Notes: a model not told the origin generated them from the letters alone. 64,000 nt of DNA from Octopus bimaculoides (GCF_001194135.2 NC_068989.1:714057-778056); one strand, 5' to 3'. Positions 42,201-51,996 are shown, counted from the stretch's first letter. Numbers and translations: made by a program.

Positions 42201-45200
42201 ACATGTGGGGGAACTTTCCTTTTTGTGACACCATGCCCTCAATATGGTTCTGTCTGTCTGTCTCTTGTGTTGGTGGAATCACAAAAACATACCCCTTATA
42301 TTCTGTAAAGGGCTCTTCAACCGTATCAAGGACATGATCCTGGGTCCACAAAAGAAAAGGTATCCAGCATTAGTGGCTGGTGTTACTAAAGGGATCCAGT
42401 CATAGGAACTGAGCCAAAAACGAAACACAAGGTAAAGTTCCCTCCAACCCATTTTATATGAGTGCTACCCCTTGAATACATGTTGTTGATGATGATTGTG
42501 TGTGAATTGAGCCTTCTTTTCTTATATTCAATCATCATCATCATCATCATCATCATCGTTTAACGTCCGCTTTCCATGCTAGCATGGGTTGGACGATTTG
42601 ACTGAGGACTGGTGAAACCGGATGGCAACATCAGGCTCCAATCTGATTTGGCAGAGTTTCTACAGCTGGATGCCCTTCCTAACGCCAACCACTCAGAGAG
42701 TGGAGTGGGTGCTTTTACATGTCACCCGCACGTTGCTGAAGTAGTTTTAAACTGTCATTTTTAATGTGTGTTGGTTGAGTGTTTATATTTAATGAACTCT
42801 TTTAACCTGTTGGTCATTGAAATATCTTCTACAGTTTGATCAGCAGAGATCAATTGCCTACGTTTTGTTCATTGATACATGTTCAGTTGTACTTGATAAA
42901 TAATTAGTTATTCATTCTCTCTAGATATTGTTATTTATTCCTTATGTATTTTTATTAATAGTCTGAGCATTTTCTTGTAAAACTTGTGAAGTTATCTTTT
43001 ATGTTAACCTAAATTGTTTTTTTTCCCCCCCTTTATAGGTTCAATTCGGTCATGCTGGTTCTTGTGCTAATGCTGACCGTGAAACAGCTGTTGCTAAAAA
43101 CAAAGCACTCAGAGAAGCTGGGGCTTATGTTCCTAACAGTTTTGATGGACTTGGGACACTTATAAAGTAAGTGTGATTATATTCTACATTCAGGCTGGAC
43201 ATATTATTATTATTATTATTATTAAAACCCGAAAACCAGCACACCCACGATTGACACATTAACTTATATGTTTCTATATCTTTCTTCAAGGAAAGTCTAT
43301 GAAAATCTTGTTGGCCAAGGTATTATTATTCCAGAGCCAGAACAAGCCCCTCCAACTGTACCAATGGATTATGCATGGGCTAGGGTATGTTAACGATGTT
43401 TCAATCCTACTTTATTGTTTTTCATTATTATTATTTAATCCACTTAAGGCAGAATCGTTAGCTCACTGGATGAAATACTTGGTGGTATTTCACCTATCGC
43501 TATGTTCTGAGTTCAAATTCTGCCAAGGTTGACTTTGCCTTTCATCCTTTTGGGGGTCAATAAGTACCAGTTGAACACTGGGGTCGATGTAATTGACTCA
43601 TCCCCTCTCCCAAAATTGCTGCCCTTGTGACAAAATTTGAAACCCTTATTTAATCTAAGTGGATTAAATAAAGCTTACAGGCTTTGTGGTTTTAATTGTT
43701 GATTAAATAAGTTTCTTGATGATTTTTGTTGAATACAGGTGGGGACAAGTGTTTTAATTGCTTGAAGCACTTCCTACTATTTAGCAAAAAACTGTGATTC
43801 CCCCTCAGATGAGTTGTCATGGATATATCTGTGTAGAAGTCCTATCTCATCACTGGCGCAGTGAACGAATGACTCACTGCCAAAGATACTCCAAAGAATG
43901 GAGTTTTCATTAACTTACTGTCATCAGTTCAATTCCTCCGCTTAAATTACAACAGTTTGGTTTTTCAGTTCAAGAATATTGCCATATTTAAGGCTCAATT
44001 TTTCTTTCCTTATTATAAAAATACTTCTGAGAGGCAAGTAGCAAACAAGAAATACACATAACCTTGTTTCATTAATATCTTCCCAAATATTCCCGCATTT
44101 AATTATGTTTGAATTACAAGAAATAAATGAATGAATTGTAAAATACTTGACATACTGAAGCAAGCAAAGTGGTCTGGGTATAACTTAATGGTAACTATGA
44201 GTATTGAACTCAAGACCATGCAGTTTGCATCCACTGCCTCATTTACACATGACATTTACCTCTGATGGTCCATCAGATTTACTTCTTGGAGAATTATTTC
44301 TTTTGATTTCTTAGTTTGATGAAATGGAATTTGTTTCAAAATACTTAAACTTTGACCATAGTTTTATCACATTCTGGGTGCTTTTTCTCTTCCTTTTCTT
44401 CATCACTTGATCAAGTGATGAAATTTACTTCCTTATCACTGGGTCCTGGGCTCAATTCCACTCTATGATCACATCGGGTGAGATTTTCCTCACTCAATTT
44501 CTTGAGTGAGTTTGGATAGAAGGGAACTGTAGAGGCTCTACCTAGAGGTCATAGGTCACTAACGTTTTTTTCACTAAGTCTGCCTCAAGGTTGCATTCAT
44601 TGACTGAAATATACCCCTAATGACACTGTTAATACAATAAGGCTGTGCTTTGGATTGAATAACTGGAATACTTTGTCAGAGCCACTTATTTCAACATCAT
44701 TATTTCTCTCTCCTTTGTAATTCACTCAGTATTTCGTTGCACTTCCCTTTATTCACTGAGCCCTTCGTTCACACAGCTCTCCACTCCCAGTCCCATACCC
44801 ACAGAAACTACCCACACCCATCAAGCTCCCCACTGACTGAGCCCTCCATTGACCAACTCCTCACTCACCAAAACCCCTACACCCACTGAGCCTTTCACTC
44901 ACTAATCCCCACCCCCTGATCAAGCCCTTCACTTACTGCCATCTGTCGTGAACCTTTATCCCTAGGACTAATTCATTTCTGCTTTTCCTTCACAGGAACT
45001 CGGTTTGATTCGTAAACCTGCATCTTTCATGACCAGCATTTGTGATGAACGAGGTTCAGAGCTACTCTATGCTGGAACTCCAATCACAGATATTTTTAAA
45101 GAAGATTTAGGCATTGGCGGTGTCCTTAGCCTTCTCTGGTTCCAAAGACGGTAACTTAATATTTCAATTATATTCTTTCCATACATTTTTTATTTATTTT

Positions 45201-48200
45201 TGCCTTTGTCAGGAATCAATAAAATAAAAATATTAGTCAAATGGTATTGATTATCTCCACATCTCTCAAATTGATGGCTTTGTGCCTAAATTAGATACAA
45301 TTATTATTGTTATTATTATTATTAAACAAATTTCATTCTGTTTAAAGTATTTCCTATCATTGAATTCCAGTCGACCCACGACTCTCTTTTTCTCCCTCTC
45401 TCCTTCCTCTCTTTCCTCACTCTTCTCCCTCTCTACTTATTCTTTCTTTCACTAATACATGAAAGGTTTTTCTTTCTATTATTCAACTTCCAAGACTTCC
45501 AAAATATGCCACCAAATTCATCGAGATGTGCCTGATGGTGACGGCTGACCACGGACCGGCTGTTTCTGGAGCACACAATGCTATTGTCTGTACACGGGCA
45601 GGCAAAGACTTGGTCTCAGCTCTAGCTTCTGGACTCCTTACTATTGTAAGTATATTCTTACAGTCACACATCATCATCATCATCATCATCAACAACACCA
45701 TCACTCTCGTTATTCTCATCATCATCTTACATTTATCTTTCATTTGTAATTTTTTTTACCCTTTTTCCATTTTATATCTTCCACTTCCTCTAATTTAACA
45801 TCTTTGATATTATTACCTCCATCCATTTCACTAGAAACGAATTCTGACCCATGTTTTGCTTCTTGTGGCAGGGTGATCGCTTTGGTGGGGCACTAGATGC
45901 AGCTGCCAAGCAGTTCAGTGAGGCCTACGACAGTAGCATGATTCCAATGGAGTTTGTTAACTCTATGAGGAAAAAGGGGAAACTTATCATGGGCATTGGA
46001 CACCGTGTGAAATCCGTGAGTAGTCTTGAGTTTTAGTTACATTCATGTGTACATATATTTCGAAATTCTTTACACACACACACACACACACACATGTATA
46101 TAACACAATATAATTATCAGGATACACTCTCGTTTACTGAGATTACATCAGAGGTGTGTAATTCAATCCTCATGTGCATAAACAACATGCAATTATCTTG
46201 CATCAAAATACAAATCAGAACATTTTCTGTTATTGATTGAAGATTGATGAAGGTAGCTTGTGAATATGGTGAGTGAATTACACAACTTTGGTGCAATCTC
46301 ACAAAATGGTACATAGTCTATCTTGGCAATTGCATTATGTTATAATAATTCAACCAAGCTGGCATTGTGTGCTACCATTTATATATATATATATATATGA
46401 AAATACAGAGTGACTCTTAGAGACTGTCGTATTCCTGGGAAATTCATCAGGGAATCTCATCCGTTGCCTGGTTTGGAGTGGTGGAACTAGGCATGAACAA
46501 TCGCAGATCTTCCATGGGGTGGGGGTGGGGGGGAATGGCTTTGTCCAAACCTGCANNNNNNNNNNACTAGGCATGAACAATCGCAGATCTTCCATGGGGT
46601 GGGGGTGGGGGGGAATGGCTTTGTCCAAACCTGCATCTTAAAGAAGTTTCCAGGTGCAGATTTATCATCTCACAACACCTACAAAAGCTGTTCATCTCAT
46701 TGAAATATTTACTAAATTCACGAATACGACGTCTCTGTTTAAATCTTTTCAGTTGAACAACCCTGACATGCGTGTAGTGATCTTAAAAGATTATGTGAAG
46801 CAACACTTCCCTGCAACTCCTCTGCTTGATTACGCATGCGAAGTGGAGAAAATAACCACCTCGAAGGTAAGTTGGATTCTGGATCAAAAGAGATATGCTG
46901 TAGTATAAGGTTTAACTGAGGTCTGGATCAAAAACTTAGGTAATATAAGGATTAACTAAGACTATCCAGGCAGTGAGTAGACAAAATCTCCCAAGGTGTT
47001 TAAAATCCAAGAACAAGCAGGGCAGATAACTTATCAAAATTTTTGAAAAAGACTCTGCAGATTAAAATCGATTTGGTTGTTTGAGAGGTAAGAAGTAAAA
47101 ATCACAAATTTGTTTCAGTTGTATTAAATCTCCTTGGTGAAGTATATTCTTCTCAGCTGGTGATACAAAGTGATTAATATTACATGTATAAATAGAGAGA
47201 GAGAGAGAGAGAGAGTGGGGTGTGTAGTGACACTGATTATGAATATCTACAATCCAGTTTGTATGAATATCTACAATCCAGTTTGTGAGGCAAGTTTCCG
47301 AGATGAATGTCCATTTTCCATGCTGGCATGGGTTGGACGGTTCAACTGGGGGTCTGGGAAGCCAGGAGGCTGCACCAGGCTCCAGTCTGATCTGGCAGTG
47401 TTTCTACAGCTGGATACCCTTCCTAACGCCAACCACTCCGTGAGTGTAGTGGGTGCTTTTTACGTGCCACCGGCACAGGGACCAGAGGAGGCTGGCAATG
47501 GCCACGATTAGTTGGTGCTTTTCATGTGCCACCAGCGCGGAAGCCAGTCAAGGCGACACTGGCATCAGCCACATTCGGATGGTTCTTTTTACGTGCCACC
47601 GGCACGGGGATCACAACTACAATCTCCATTTGATTTTCATTTTGATGTTGATGTACTTGACTCAATAGGTCTCCTCAAGCACAGCAGGTTGCCCTACGAT
47701 CCAAGGTAGTTTTGAATGGGCTGGGGCTGGTTATGTGAAACTGATGTAGGATACAGCCATGAATTCACTTTATTTGCCGGGTCTTCGCAGTCACAGCATA
47801 TCTCCAGAGGTCTCGGTCTTTCGTCATTGTTTCTGCATAACTTTCTACTATTCAAGATGTTAGGAAATTGGAATTGTTTTCTCTCATGTGAGTTCTTTGT
47901 TTTATAAAGATGAGAGGAACATAATTGGTTGGAGTTCTATTCTAATTCTCACATAAAGTGTTATTGTTATGATGATGATGATTGTTCTAGTATTTTCCTT
48001 CAGGGAAATAAATGTTGTTTCTATTTTGATTTCAGAAACCTAACCTAATTTTAAATGTCGACGGCTTCATTGGTGTTGCAATGGTTGATCTTTTCCGGAA
48101 TTGTGGATGTTTCACACGGTGAGTTAACTGTGTGTGTGTGTGTGTGTGTGTGAACATGGGAATAGCAGTTGTCTTCATATGAACATTAGATTCTGCTGAC

Positions 48201-51180
48201 TTTGATGTTGCGACAGTTTTGTTCAGGTGAGAAAAGTCAGGTTAAAGGATGGGTGGACACATTTGCTGGGCTGAAGTTGTTCAATGGAGTTGGAGAGGAT
48301 TGAGATTTCTAGGTTGTGTGTTGGTAGGACGTGGTGGAGGGGGTCGAGACTAGAATAATTTGTGAGAACTGTTCAGTCAGTTGGTTTGGAGTTGGAGTGA
48401 ATGTTTTGATCCTGGAGGTAAACTGTTGCTCATAAGGGACCCCTAACCAGTGTTGATCCTCTATCAATAGCCTTGTCTAATATCAGGTGCCAAAAATGGG
48501 CTTCTCAAAAGTTTGTTCGTACTGGGACACTTGTTGGGGACTGAGGTAGAAGAGAATTCAGGGTATTGAGCCAACTTTGAGGACAACTACCAGAAGTTCA
48601 AGTGTTTGGGGATCCTGTCCTATCTGTGAACCTCAACTGAGAGACTTTCATGACTTGTACACTTTGGTAATCGGTGGCACTTTACGAGAATAGTTGGAAG
48701 CAACTCCTCTTGAAACTGTGTCATCCTTAAACTGGGGACTTTCCTGATCTGAAGACTTGCAACAAAACAAGAGAACTAAAAACATCCAAAGACTGGGTGG
48801 TAGCGTTAAAGCAGGTGACATGTTTAGGCACCAGAAAAATAATGATTGTCTTATGCAAAGTCCTTTCTGTGTTGACATTTGAGAGAAATGGGCCTCATTT
48901 GTAGATGGGAAGTCTCTCTCTCTCTCTTAAAACAGTTCTCTAACAACAGCAGGTAAATTTGCAAGGTTATCAGAAAGATAAGTTTTGCAGGAGAGAAAAA
49001 AATATATCAAATGGGTGGGGGTGGGGTCAAAAGGAGAAGAAAAAAAAGGAGGAAAGATAATTGAATTGTGACTCTTTGTGGTCTTTCAGCTAATTAACTC
49101 CATTAATGGCCCTTGCTATATTTGAATCTCCATTGATATTAAAACTACATGTATCAGGTGACATTCTATATATTATTTCTCATGTTGTCTAATGTGAAGT
49201 AACAAAACTCTCCAACATCGAAGAGACAGTTGTAACTTCATCATTTCTAACTCGAATCCCAGGCAAGAACAGTTTCTTCTCCTTAATTTACCAAAACAGA
49301 AAGCTGCAACCATGGATATGGTGTTAAAAAGTTTGAGGCTGACAAATGCCTTACGAGTGAAGTTCGGGGAGATGGAAACTTTAAGAAGTCACTTGTATAA
49401 GTACGTAATAGCAGTGTAGGATAACTCGGCAGATTCAAACAATACCCAATGGTTACATCCAAATTCATTTGAGTTATCTCCCCTCACGTCGGTATCTACT
49501 CTACATTTAACATTATTGAAGCCAGTAAAACGACCGACAGCTCCTCTAGACCACAAAGATTTACCTACAATTAACTAGCTTCCCCAGCTAACACCTCAGA
49601 CACCATTTTTATATTCCAGTACCATTTAGTGTTCTGCAAGTGACTCTGGTTTCCATTTTATTTATACAAGAATACTATTAGCCAGTTGGATAAATAGCAA
49701 GGAAAACAAAAGGTGATTTAATTTTGAAATAAACTGGTGGAAACGGTGCTCCAATCTGGCCTTTCATATGATGGCATAATCAAAATAAACACCTCAAGAT
49801 GTTATATGGAAGGTAGCTGTCATCAGGAAATTAAATTTTAAGTAATGTTATGAAAGAAAAGGTTTCTTTGCTAGGATGTAATGTTTTTGGAATTCTTTAG
49901 AATGTATTTTATAGGAATTTCAGGTGGTGAGCTGGGAGAACCATTGTGCCTATAAAAGAAAGGATTCATCATCATCATCGTTTAACGTCCGCTTTCCATG
50001 CTAGCATGGGTTGGATGATTTGACTGAGGACTGGTGAAACCGGATGGCAACACCAGGCTCCAATCTAATTTGGCAGAGTTTCTACAGCTGGATGCCCTTC
50101 CTAACGCCAACCACTCAGAGAGTGTAGATTCAGTCTATTGGAATTCATGATTTAGTTTGTGATAATTTCTTTCTTAGGCTCAAGATACTTCGTTGATTGA
50201 TTTGATTTTATTACTTTATTGATCATTTATTGATCAGAGAGCACTAAAAGACAAGATTTGGTTTTGGTATTTGATGTTAGGAAACTAGAAATAGATTCCT
50301 CACTCTCCCTCTGTCAGAATTGATTTAGCTATAATATGATTAATTAATTTAGCTATAATAATAAAACTATAACTATTTATTGCGAATATTTTTCTTTTTT
50401 TATTAATTTCACCAGAGAGGAAGCTCAAGAATATGTGGAAATTGGTGCTCTGAACGGACTCTTTGTGCTTGGTCGTAGCATGGGCTTCATTGGTAAGTTT
50501 TTTGGAAAGTCAACGATAGAGGACATTTGTTTTGAGAAGTTGCAGAATATTTGAATGAACCAGTTTCATGAACCTTACTCTCATCCTCTATATATGTGTG
50601 TGTGTGTGATATATATATATATAATATACCCCGGCAAAGAAAGTGAGATCACAGCTGTAGTCTGCACCAGTGTCGCAAAACCAGCCCATTTAAAAAGTAC
50701 CTTTGAATTGTTGGGTGACATTCCGTGCTTGAGGAAATCTGTTGAGTCAAGTAAATCAAAATCAAATGGAAATTCTAGTTGTGGCCTGCAATAAGCACCA
50801 TTCATGTGTGGGTTGCTACCAGAGCCGCCTGGCTGGAAGCCGTCAGCAACTGTAAAGACTCAGCAGAGAACAACGAGAATTGCTGGTCCTTGCATCTGGC
50901 ACCATGAGGAACCTGTAGTAATGTTGAAGGTGAAGTTATATTCAAAATAATTTCAATTTCCTTCCATAAATTTAGAAAAAACAACTTGTACTATTCTTAG
51001 GTTTTTGATCACATCACTATTTGCCTAACAAATACTTTTTGCATNNNNNNNNNNATATATATAATTGTTTGTATTTTAGGTCATTATTTGGACCAAAAGA
51101 GATTGAAGCAAGGTTTGTATCGTCACCCATGGGATGACATCTCCTACATCTTACCCGAGAGTCTACATGAAAGTCTTTGA
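3786..51180 (+). CDS. ACLY: ATP-citrate lyase (ATP-citrate synthase), whole spliced gene span, 29 coding exons, about 1090 aa
   Basis: The exons below join in frame from MSAKAISE to [11 protein letters not shown]. They include the family motifs [55 protein letters not shown] (phospho-His), [17 protein letters not shown] and LNVDG. Exon lengths sum to 3273 nt, which is divisible by 3. Confidence 0.97.
6190..7549 (-). mobile_element. Helitron, antisense in ACLY intron 1, spanning an N gap
   Basis: Minus-strand 5' end a|TCTATATATATAAAAATGAGAATG..(GTCT)n at 7549. PIF1-type helicase C-terminus [14 protein letters not shown]...[12 protein letters not shown] at 6400-6515. 3' hairpin acccgggcaacgccgggt, then CTAG|t at 6190. 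Confidence 0.85.
6516..7139. other. Assembly gap (N run)
   Basis: N bases. Confidence 1.
8620..9031 (+). mobile_element. Repeat family A copy with internal tandem subunits
   Basis: Repeated gcacgtaaaaagcacc units, then the family A 3' end with a gatgatgatg tail. Confidence 0.85.
9290..9412 (+). CDS. ACLY: ACLY exon 2 ([17 protein letters not shown]...EIE)
   Basis: tttcag / gtaggt; 123 nt; phase 0-0. Confidence 0.96.
10381..10575 (-). mobile_element. Repeat family A copy
   Basis: catcatcatcattgtttaacatccactttccatgctggcatg...; the 5' part resumes at about 10700-10845. Confidence 0.85.
11022..11110. repeat. Long (CT)n microsatellite
   Basis: Directly visible. Many shorter (TA)n, (CA)n, (TAG)n and (CAT)n tracts occur across the window. 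Confidence 0.95.
12381..12527 (+). mobile_element. Repeat family A copy
   Basis: gtggttggcattaggaagggcatccag...aaatgatgatgat. Confidence 0.75.
13040..13372 (-). mobile_element. Degenerate non-autonomous Helitron-like relic
   Basis: (ACAG)n followed by tctttatatata, like the 5' end at 7500-7550. The 3' end is not resolved. Confidence 0.3.
14563..14755 (-). mobile_element. Repeat family A copy
   Basis: catcatcatcat...ggatgcccttcctaatgccaaccac. Confidence 0.75.
15451..15513 (+). CDS. ACLY: ACLY exon 3 ([21 protein letters not shown])
   Basis: tttcag / gtacat; 63 nt. Confidence 0.95.
16925..17023 (+). CDS. ACLY: ACLY exon 4 (AEEYYVCIY...[14 protein letters not shown])
   Basis: ttaaag / gtaaat; 99 nt. 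Confidence 0.95.
18200..18288 (+). CDS. ACLY: ACLY exon 5 ([29 protein letters not shown])
   Basis: aactag / gtaagt; 89 nt. The sequence is divergent, but the phase (0 to 2) fits both neighbours. Confidence 0.88.
18488..19309 (-). mobile_element. Foldback mariner derivative with about 160-bp inverted arms and transposase N-terminal relics on both strands
   Basis: Arms at about 18488-18649 and 19107-19263. Minus strand: [12 protein letters not shown]...SGRPETS and [26 protein letters not shown]. Plus strand: [13 protein letters not shown] flank at 19310. Confidence 0.8.
19625..19704 (+). CDS. ACLY: ACLY exon 6 ([10 protein letters not shown]...FTYLEINPL)
   Basis: ctctcag / gtaagt; 80 nt. Confidence 0.95.
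20122..20740 (-). mobile_element. Penelope-like retroelement 3' fragment enclosed by about 97-bp inverted repeats
   Basis: Arms at 20122-20216 and 20646-20740, with TA on both flanks. Minus-strand relic [45 protein letters not shown] resembles the PLE GIY-YIG C-terminal region. Confidence 0.6.
21254..21387 (+). CDS. ACLY: ACLY exon 7 ([16 protein letters not shown]...[13 protein letters not shown])
   Basis: gtttag / gtaagt; 134 nt. Confidence 0.96.
22336..22454 (+). CDS. ACLY: ACLY exon 8 ([18 protein letters not shown]...[11 protein letters not shown])
   Basis: ctttag / gtaagt; 119 nt. Confidence 0.96.
22894..23030 (+). CDS. ACLY: ACLY exon 9 (DTICDLGG...NYGEYSGAP...KHKE)
   Basis: tttcag / gtaagt; 137 nt. 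Confidence 0.96.
24259..24320 (+). CDS. ACLY: ACLY exon 10 ([20 protein letters not shown])
   Basis: ttgcag / gtttgt; 62 nt. Confidence 0.96.
25277..25394 (+). CDS. ACLY: ACLY exon 11 (GIVRALREY...[17 protein letters not shown]), ends at a GC donor
   Basis: ttgtag / gcaagt; 118 nt. Only the GC donor keeps the frame with exon 12. Confidence 0.92.
25895..26040 (+). CDS. ACLY: ACLY exon 12 ([20 protein letters not shown]...[10 protein letters not shown])
   Basis: ttcaag / gtgagt; 146 nt. Confidence 0.95.
26196..26345. repeat. Degenerate minisatellite with units of about 29 bp
   Basis: Recurring aaa(ag)gtacca....ga..gt units. Confidence 0.6.
26617..26855 (-). mobile_element. Repeat family A copy (another partial copy at about 26345-26470)
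   Basis: catcatcat...catgctggcatgggttggacggtttgac... Confidence 0.75.
27272..27280 (+). CDS. ACLY: Candidate 9-nt ACLY linker micro-exon (NMQ)
   Basis: tatttttgtttttcctttcag|aacatgcag|gtaatc; phase 0-0; about 88 nt upstream contain no AG. Confidence 0.5.
27708..27905 (-). mobile_element. Repeat family A copy
   Basis: Same motif set as the other copies. Confidence 0.75.
30598..31172 (-). mobile_element. Two repeat family A copies (30598-30722, 30967-31172)
   Basis: catcatcatcgtttaacgtccgctttccatgctagcatggg... Confidence 0.8.
31270..31690 (+). mobile_element. RTE-clade LINE reverse transcriptase fragment
   Basis: [60 protein letters not shown]. Confidence 0.9.
31745..31943 (+). mobile_element. 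Repeat family A copy directly downstream of the RTE RT fragment
   Basis: Ends in aaatgatgatgatg. Its position after the RTE RT suggests it shares the LINE 3' tail. Confidence 0.75.
32800..33170 (+). mobile_element. Possible highly decayed Penelope-like RT-to-endonuclease linker fragment
   Basis: Frameshifted [30 protein letters not shown]-like reading with stops. Confidence 0.3.
33313..33339 (+). CDS. ACLY: Candidate 27-nt ACLY linker micro-exon (STFCQAQLG)
   Basis: tttctttttgtttctattaacag|agtacattctgtcaagctcagcttggt|gtaagt; phase 0-0; no stop; TGCATG at 33368-33373. Confidence 0.55.
35245..35486 (+). CDS. ACLY: ACLY exon 13 (linker [11 protein letters not shown]... to [28 protein letters not shown]...YPF)
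   Basis: cttcag / gtaatt; 242 nt. The 3' part is highly conserved; the 5' boundary is inferred from phase 0 and the pyrimidine tract. Confidence 0.9.
36523..36575 (+). CDS. ACLY: ACLY exon 14 ([17 protein letters not shown])
   Basis: ttccag / gtaagt; 53 nt. Confidence 0.95.
36810..37010 (-). mobile_element. Repeat family A copy
   Basis: catcatcatcatttagcatctggcagg... Confidence 0.65.
37182..37297 (+). CDS. ACLY: ACLY exon 15 ([12 protein letters not shown]...NFASLRSAY...YPQ)
   Basis: ttttag / gttcga; 116 nt. Confidence 0.94.
38453..38557 (+). CDS. ACLY: ACLY exon 16 ([13 protein letters not shown]...IIGPAT)
   Basis: ttatag / gtacgg; 105 nt. Confidence 0.95.
39005..39315 (+). mobile_element. 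tRNA-derived SINE family B, near-complete copy
   Basis: gtgtggtaagaagctggct...ggtttcagtcc...aaagccttgtgagtgg...cagcatggccgcaatcaaatgactgaaacaag. Confidence 0.75.
39490..39581 (+). CDS. ACLY: ACLY exon 17 ([17 protein letters not shown]...LYRPG)
   Basis: aaacag / gtaagg; 92 nt. Confidence 0.96.
39946..40050 (+). CDS. ACLY: ACLY exon 18 ([16 protein letters not shown]...EGVAIGGD)
   Basis: tttcag / gtgaga; 105 nt. Confidence 0.96.
40704..40785 (+). CDS. ACLY: ACLY exon 19 (YPGTTFPDY...MIVLLGE)
   Basis: gtttag / gtaatc; 82 nt. Confidence 0.95.
41570..41680 (+). CDS. ACLY: ACLY exon 20 (VGGVEEY...[18 protein letters not shown])
   Basis: cctcag / gtattt; 111 nt. Confidence 0.96.
41730..42732 (-). 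mobile_element. Two repeat family A copies (41730-41812, 42533-42732)
   Basis: The second copy is nearly identical to those at 30598 and 49966. Confidence 0.8.
43039..43166 (+). CDS. ACLY: ACLY exon 21 (VQFGHAG, catalytic phospho-His codon at 43051-43053)
   Basis: ttatag / gtaagt; 128 nt. Confidence 0.96.
43291..43384 (+). CDS. ACLY: ACLY exon 22 (KVYENLV...[12 protein letters not shown])
   Basis: ttcaag / gtatgt; 94 nt. Confidence 0.95.
43447..43645 (+). mobile_element. tRNA-derived SINE family C (another decayed copy at about 35545-35745)
   Basis: ggcagaatcgttagc...gagttcaaattctgcc (B-box-like)...actggggtcgatgtaattgac. Confidence 0.7.
44700..44940. repeat. Degenerate C-rich minisatellite (cactgagccct-like units)
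   Basis: Repeated cac(t)gagccc/caagccc/cactcac motifs ending about 55 nt before the exon 23 acceptor. Confidence 0.6.
44996..45150 (+). CDS. ACLY: ACLY exon 23 ([20 protein letters not shown]...SLLWFQR)
   Basis: tcacag / gtaact; 155 nt. Confidence 0.96.
45495..45645 (+). CDS. ACLY: ACLY exon 24 (LPKYA...[12 protein letters not shown]...SGLLTI)
   Basis: tccaag / gtaagt; 151 nt. Confidence 0.96.
45872..46015 (+). CDS. ACLY: ACLY exon 25 (GDRFGGALD...GIGHRVKS)
   Basis: tggcag / gtgagt; 144 nt. Confidence 0.96.
46753..46866 (+). CDS. ACLY: ACLY exon 26 (LNNPDMRV...VEKITTSK)
   Basis: tttcag / gtaagt; 114 nt. Confidence 0.96.
47305..47790 (-). mobile_element. Repeat family A copy with a longer 5' extension
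   Basis: Family A motifs plus an extension that recurs inverted at about 50630-50820. Confidence 0.75.
48036..48118 (+). CDS. ACLY: ACLY exon 27 ([13 protein letters not shown]...CGCFT)
   Basis: tttcag / gtgagt; 83 nt. Confidence 0.96.
49966..50127 (-). mobile_element. Repeat family A copy (young subfamily)
   Basis: catcatcatcgtttaacgtccgctttccatgctagcatggg... Confidence 0.8.
50416..50492 (+). CDS. ACLY: ACLY exon 28 (EEAQEY...[11 protein letters not shown])
   Basis: caccag / gtaagt; 77 nt. Confidence 0.96.
51080..51180 (+). CDS. ACLY: ACLY last coding exon ([32 protein letters not shown])
   Basis: Acceptor ttttag; TGA at 51178-51180. Confidence 0.96.
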
Positions 51181-51922
51181 AACTGCTCATTGATTGCTGC
51201 TTCCTGTTAAAGAATCTTCTTCTTCCATCTGGTGCTGTTACTTCTGACTGCTGAGATTGTAGATGTTCCTTACAAACGGCTGGTTTAATGTTACCATTTG
51301 GAGATGAGGGAGTCGAACCTGATCACGTATTGTTGCCGACATTATTCCCTAGAAGTTGAGTCTGTTTTGGTAGATTAGCTGTAGGGCTACATCATGTACC
51401 AACTACCTAATGTCTTTTTATCTCTAAGGTAGACATGTATTTATCAAGTGTCCTCTAAAACTACTGTGTAGTCTTCCTCCTTTCTTCTTCCTCTTTCTCT
51501 TCTTCCCTTTGTAATTTATTATTTTCTTTAATTCATGAAAATAATTAAATTATTATTTGGATCATGTGACCAACATATTTTTTATTTTTTATTTACAACC
51601 AATCAAACTTCTTCAATTAAAAAAAATTTTTTTTTTATTTCTTTCACTTTGGGGGAATGGGTGATTTTGTTTCAGGTTTTAATAATGTATCTTTTTTTAA
51701 AAAAATTTATTCAGTGTTTTCACTTCTGTCTCAAATATATTAATGAAAGAGTAGAAGAAAAGCAATGTGGTCCAAGCTGTAAATCTAGTTAAAACTGTGT
51801 CCTGAAGCTATAATTGGATTAAAAGTGTTTATTTCTCTTGCTAACTCAATCAATCACCTATTATTCAATGTCATTCTGGTGGAATAATAGACCAAATAAC
51901 ACTTCATATTTGTTCCTAAAGC

Positions 51923-51996
51923 AATAAAACATTTCAAAGTCACTCAATTTTAGGCATTCTTTCATCTGTTTCTTTAAATTCAAAACCAAAAATAAA
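51923..51996 (+). terminator. Candidate ACLY polyadenylation signals
   Basis: AATAAA at 51923-51928 and 51991-51996, followed by a GT-rich tract (gcctgtgttggtgtggt) near 52020. Confidence 0.4.

Noticed and set aside
46486-46635. Direct repeat of about 70 bp on both sides of a 10-N gap
   Set aside because: This is the typical signature of an unmerged contig overlap, so probably an assembly artefact.
47237-47284. 24-bp perfect tandem duplication
   Set aside because: A simple slippage duplication in intronic DNA with no functional hint.
48221-48232. ttcag|gtgaga, a recursive-splice-like site in intron 27
   Set aside because: The pyrimidine tract is short, another AG lies just upstream, and it is only about 108 nt into the intron.
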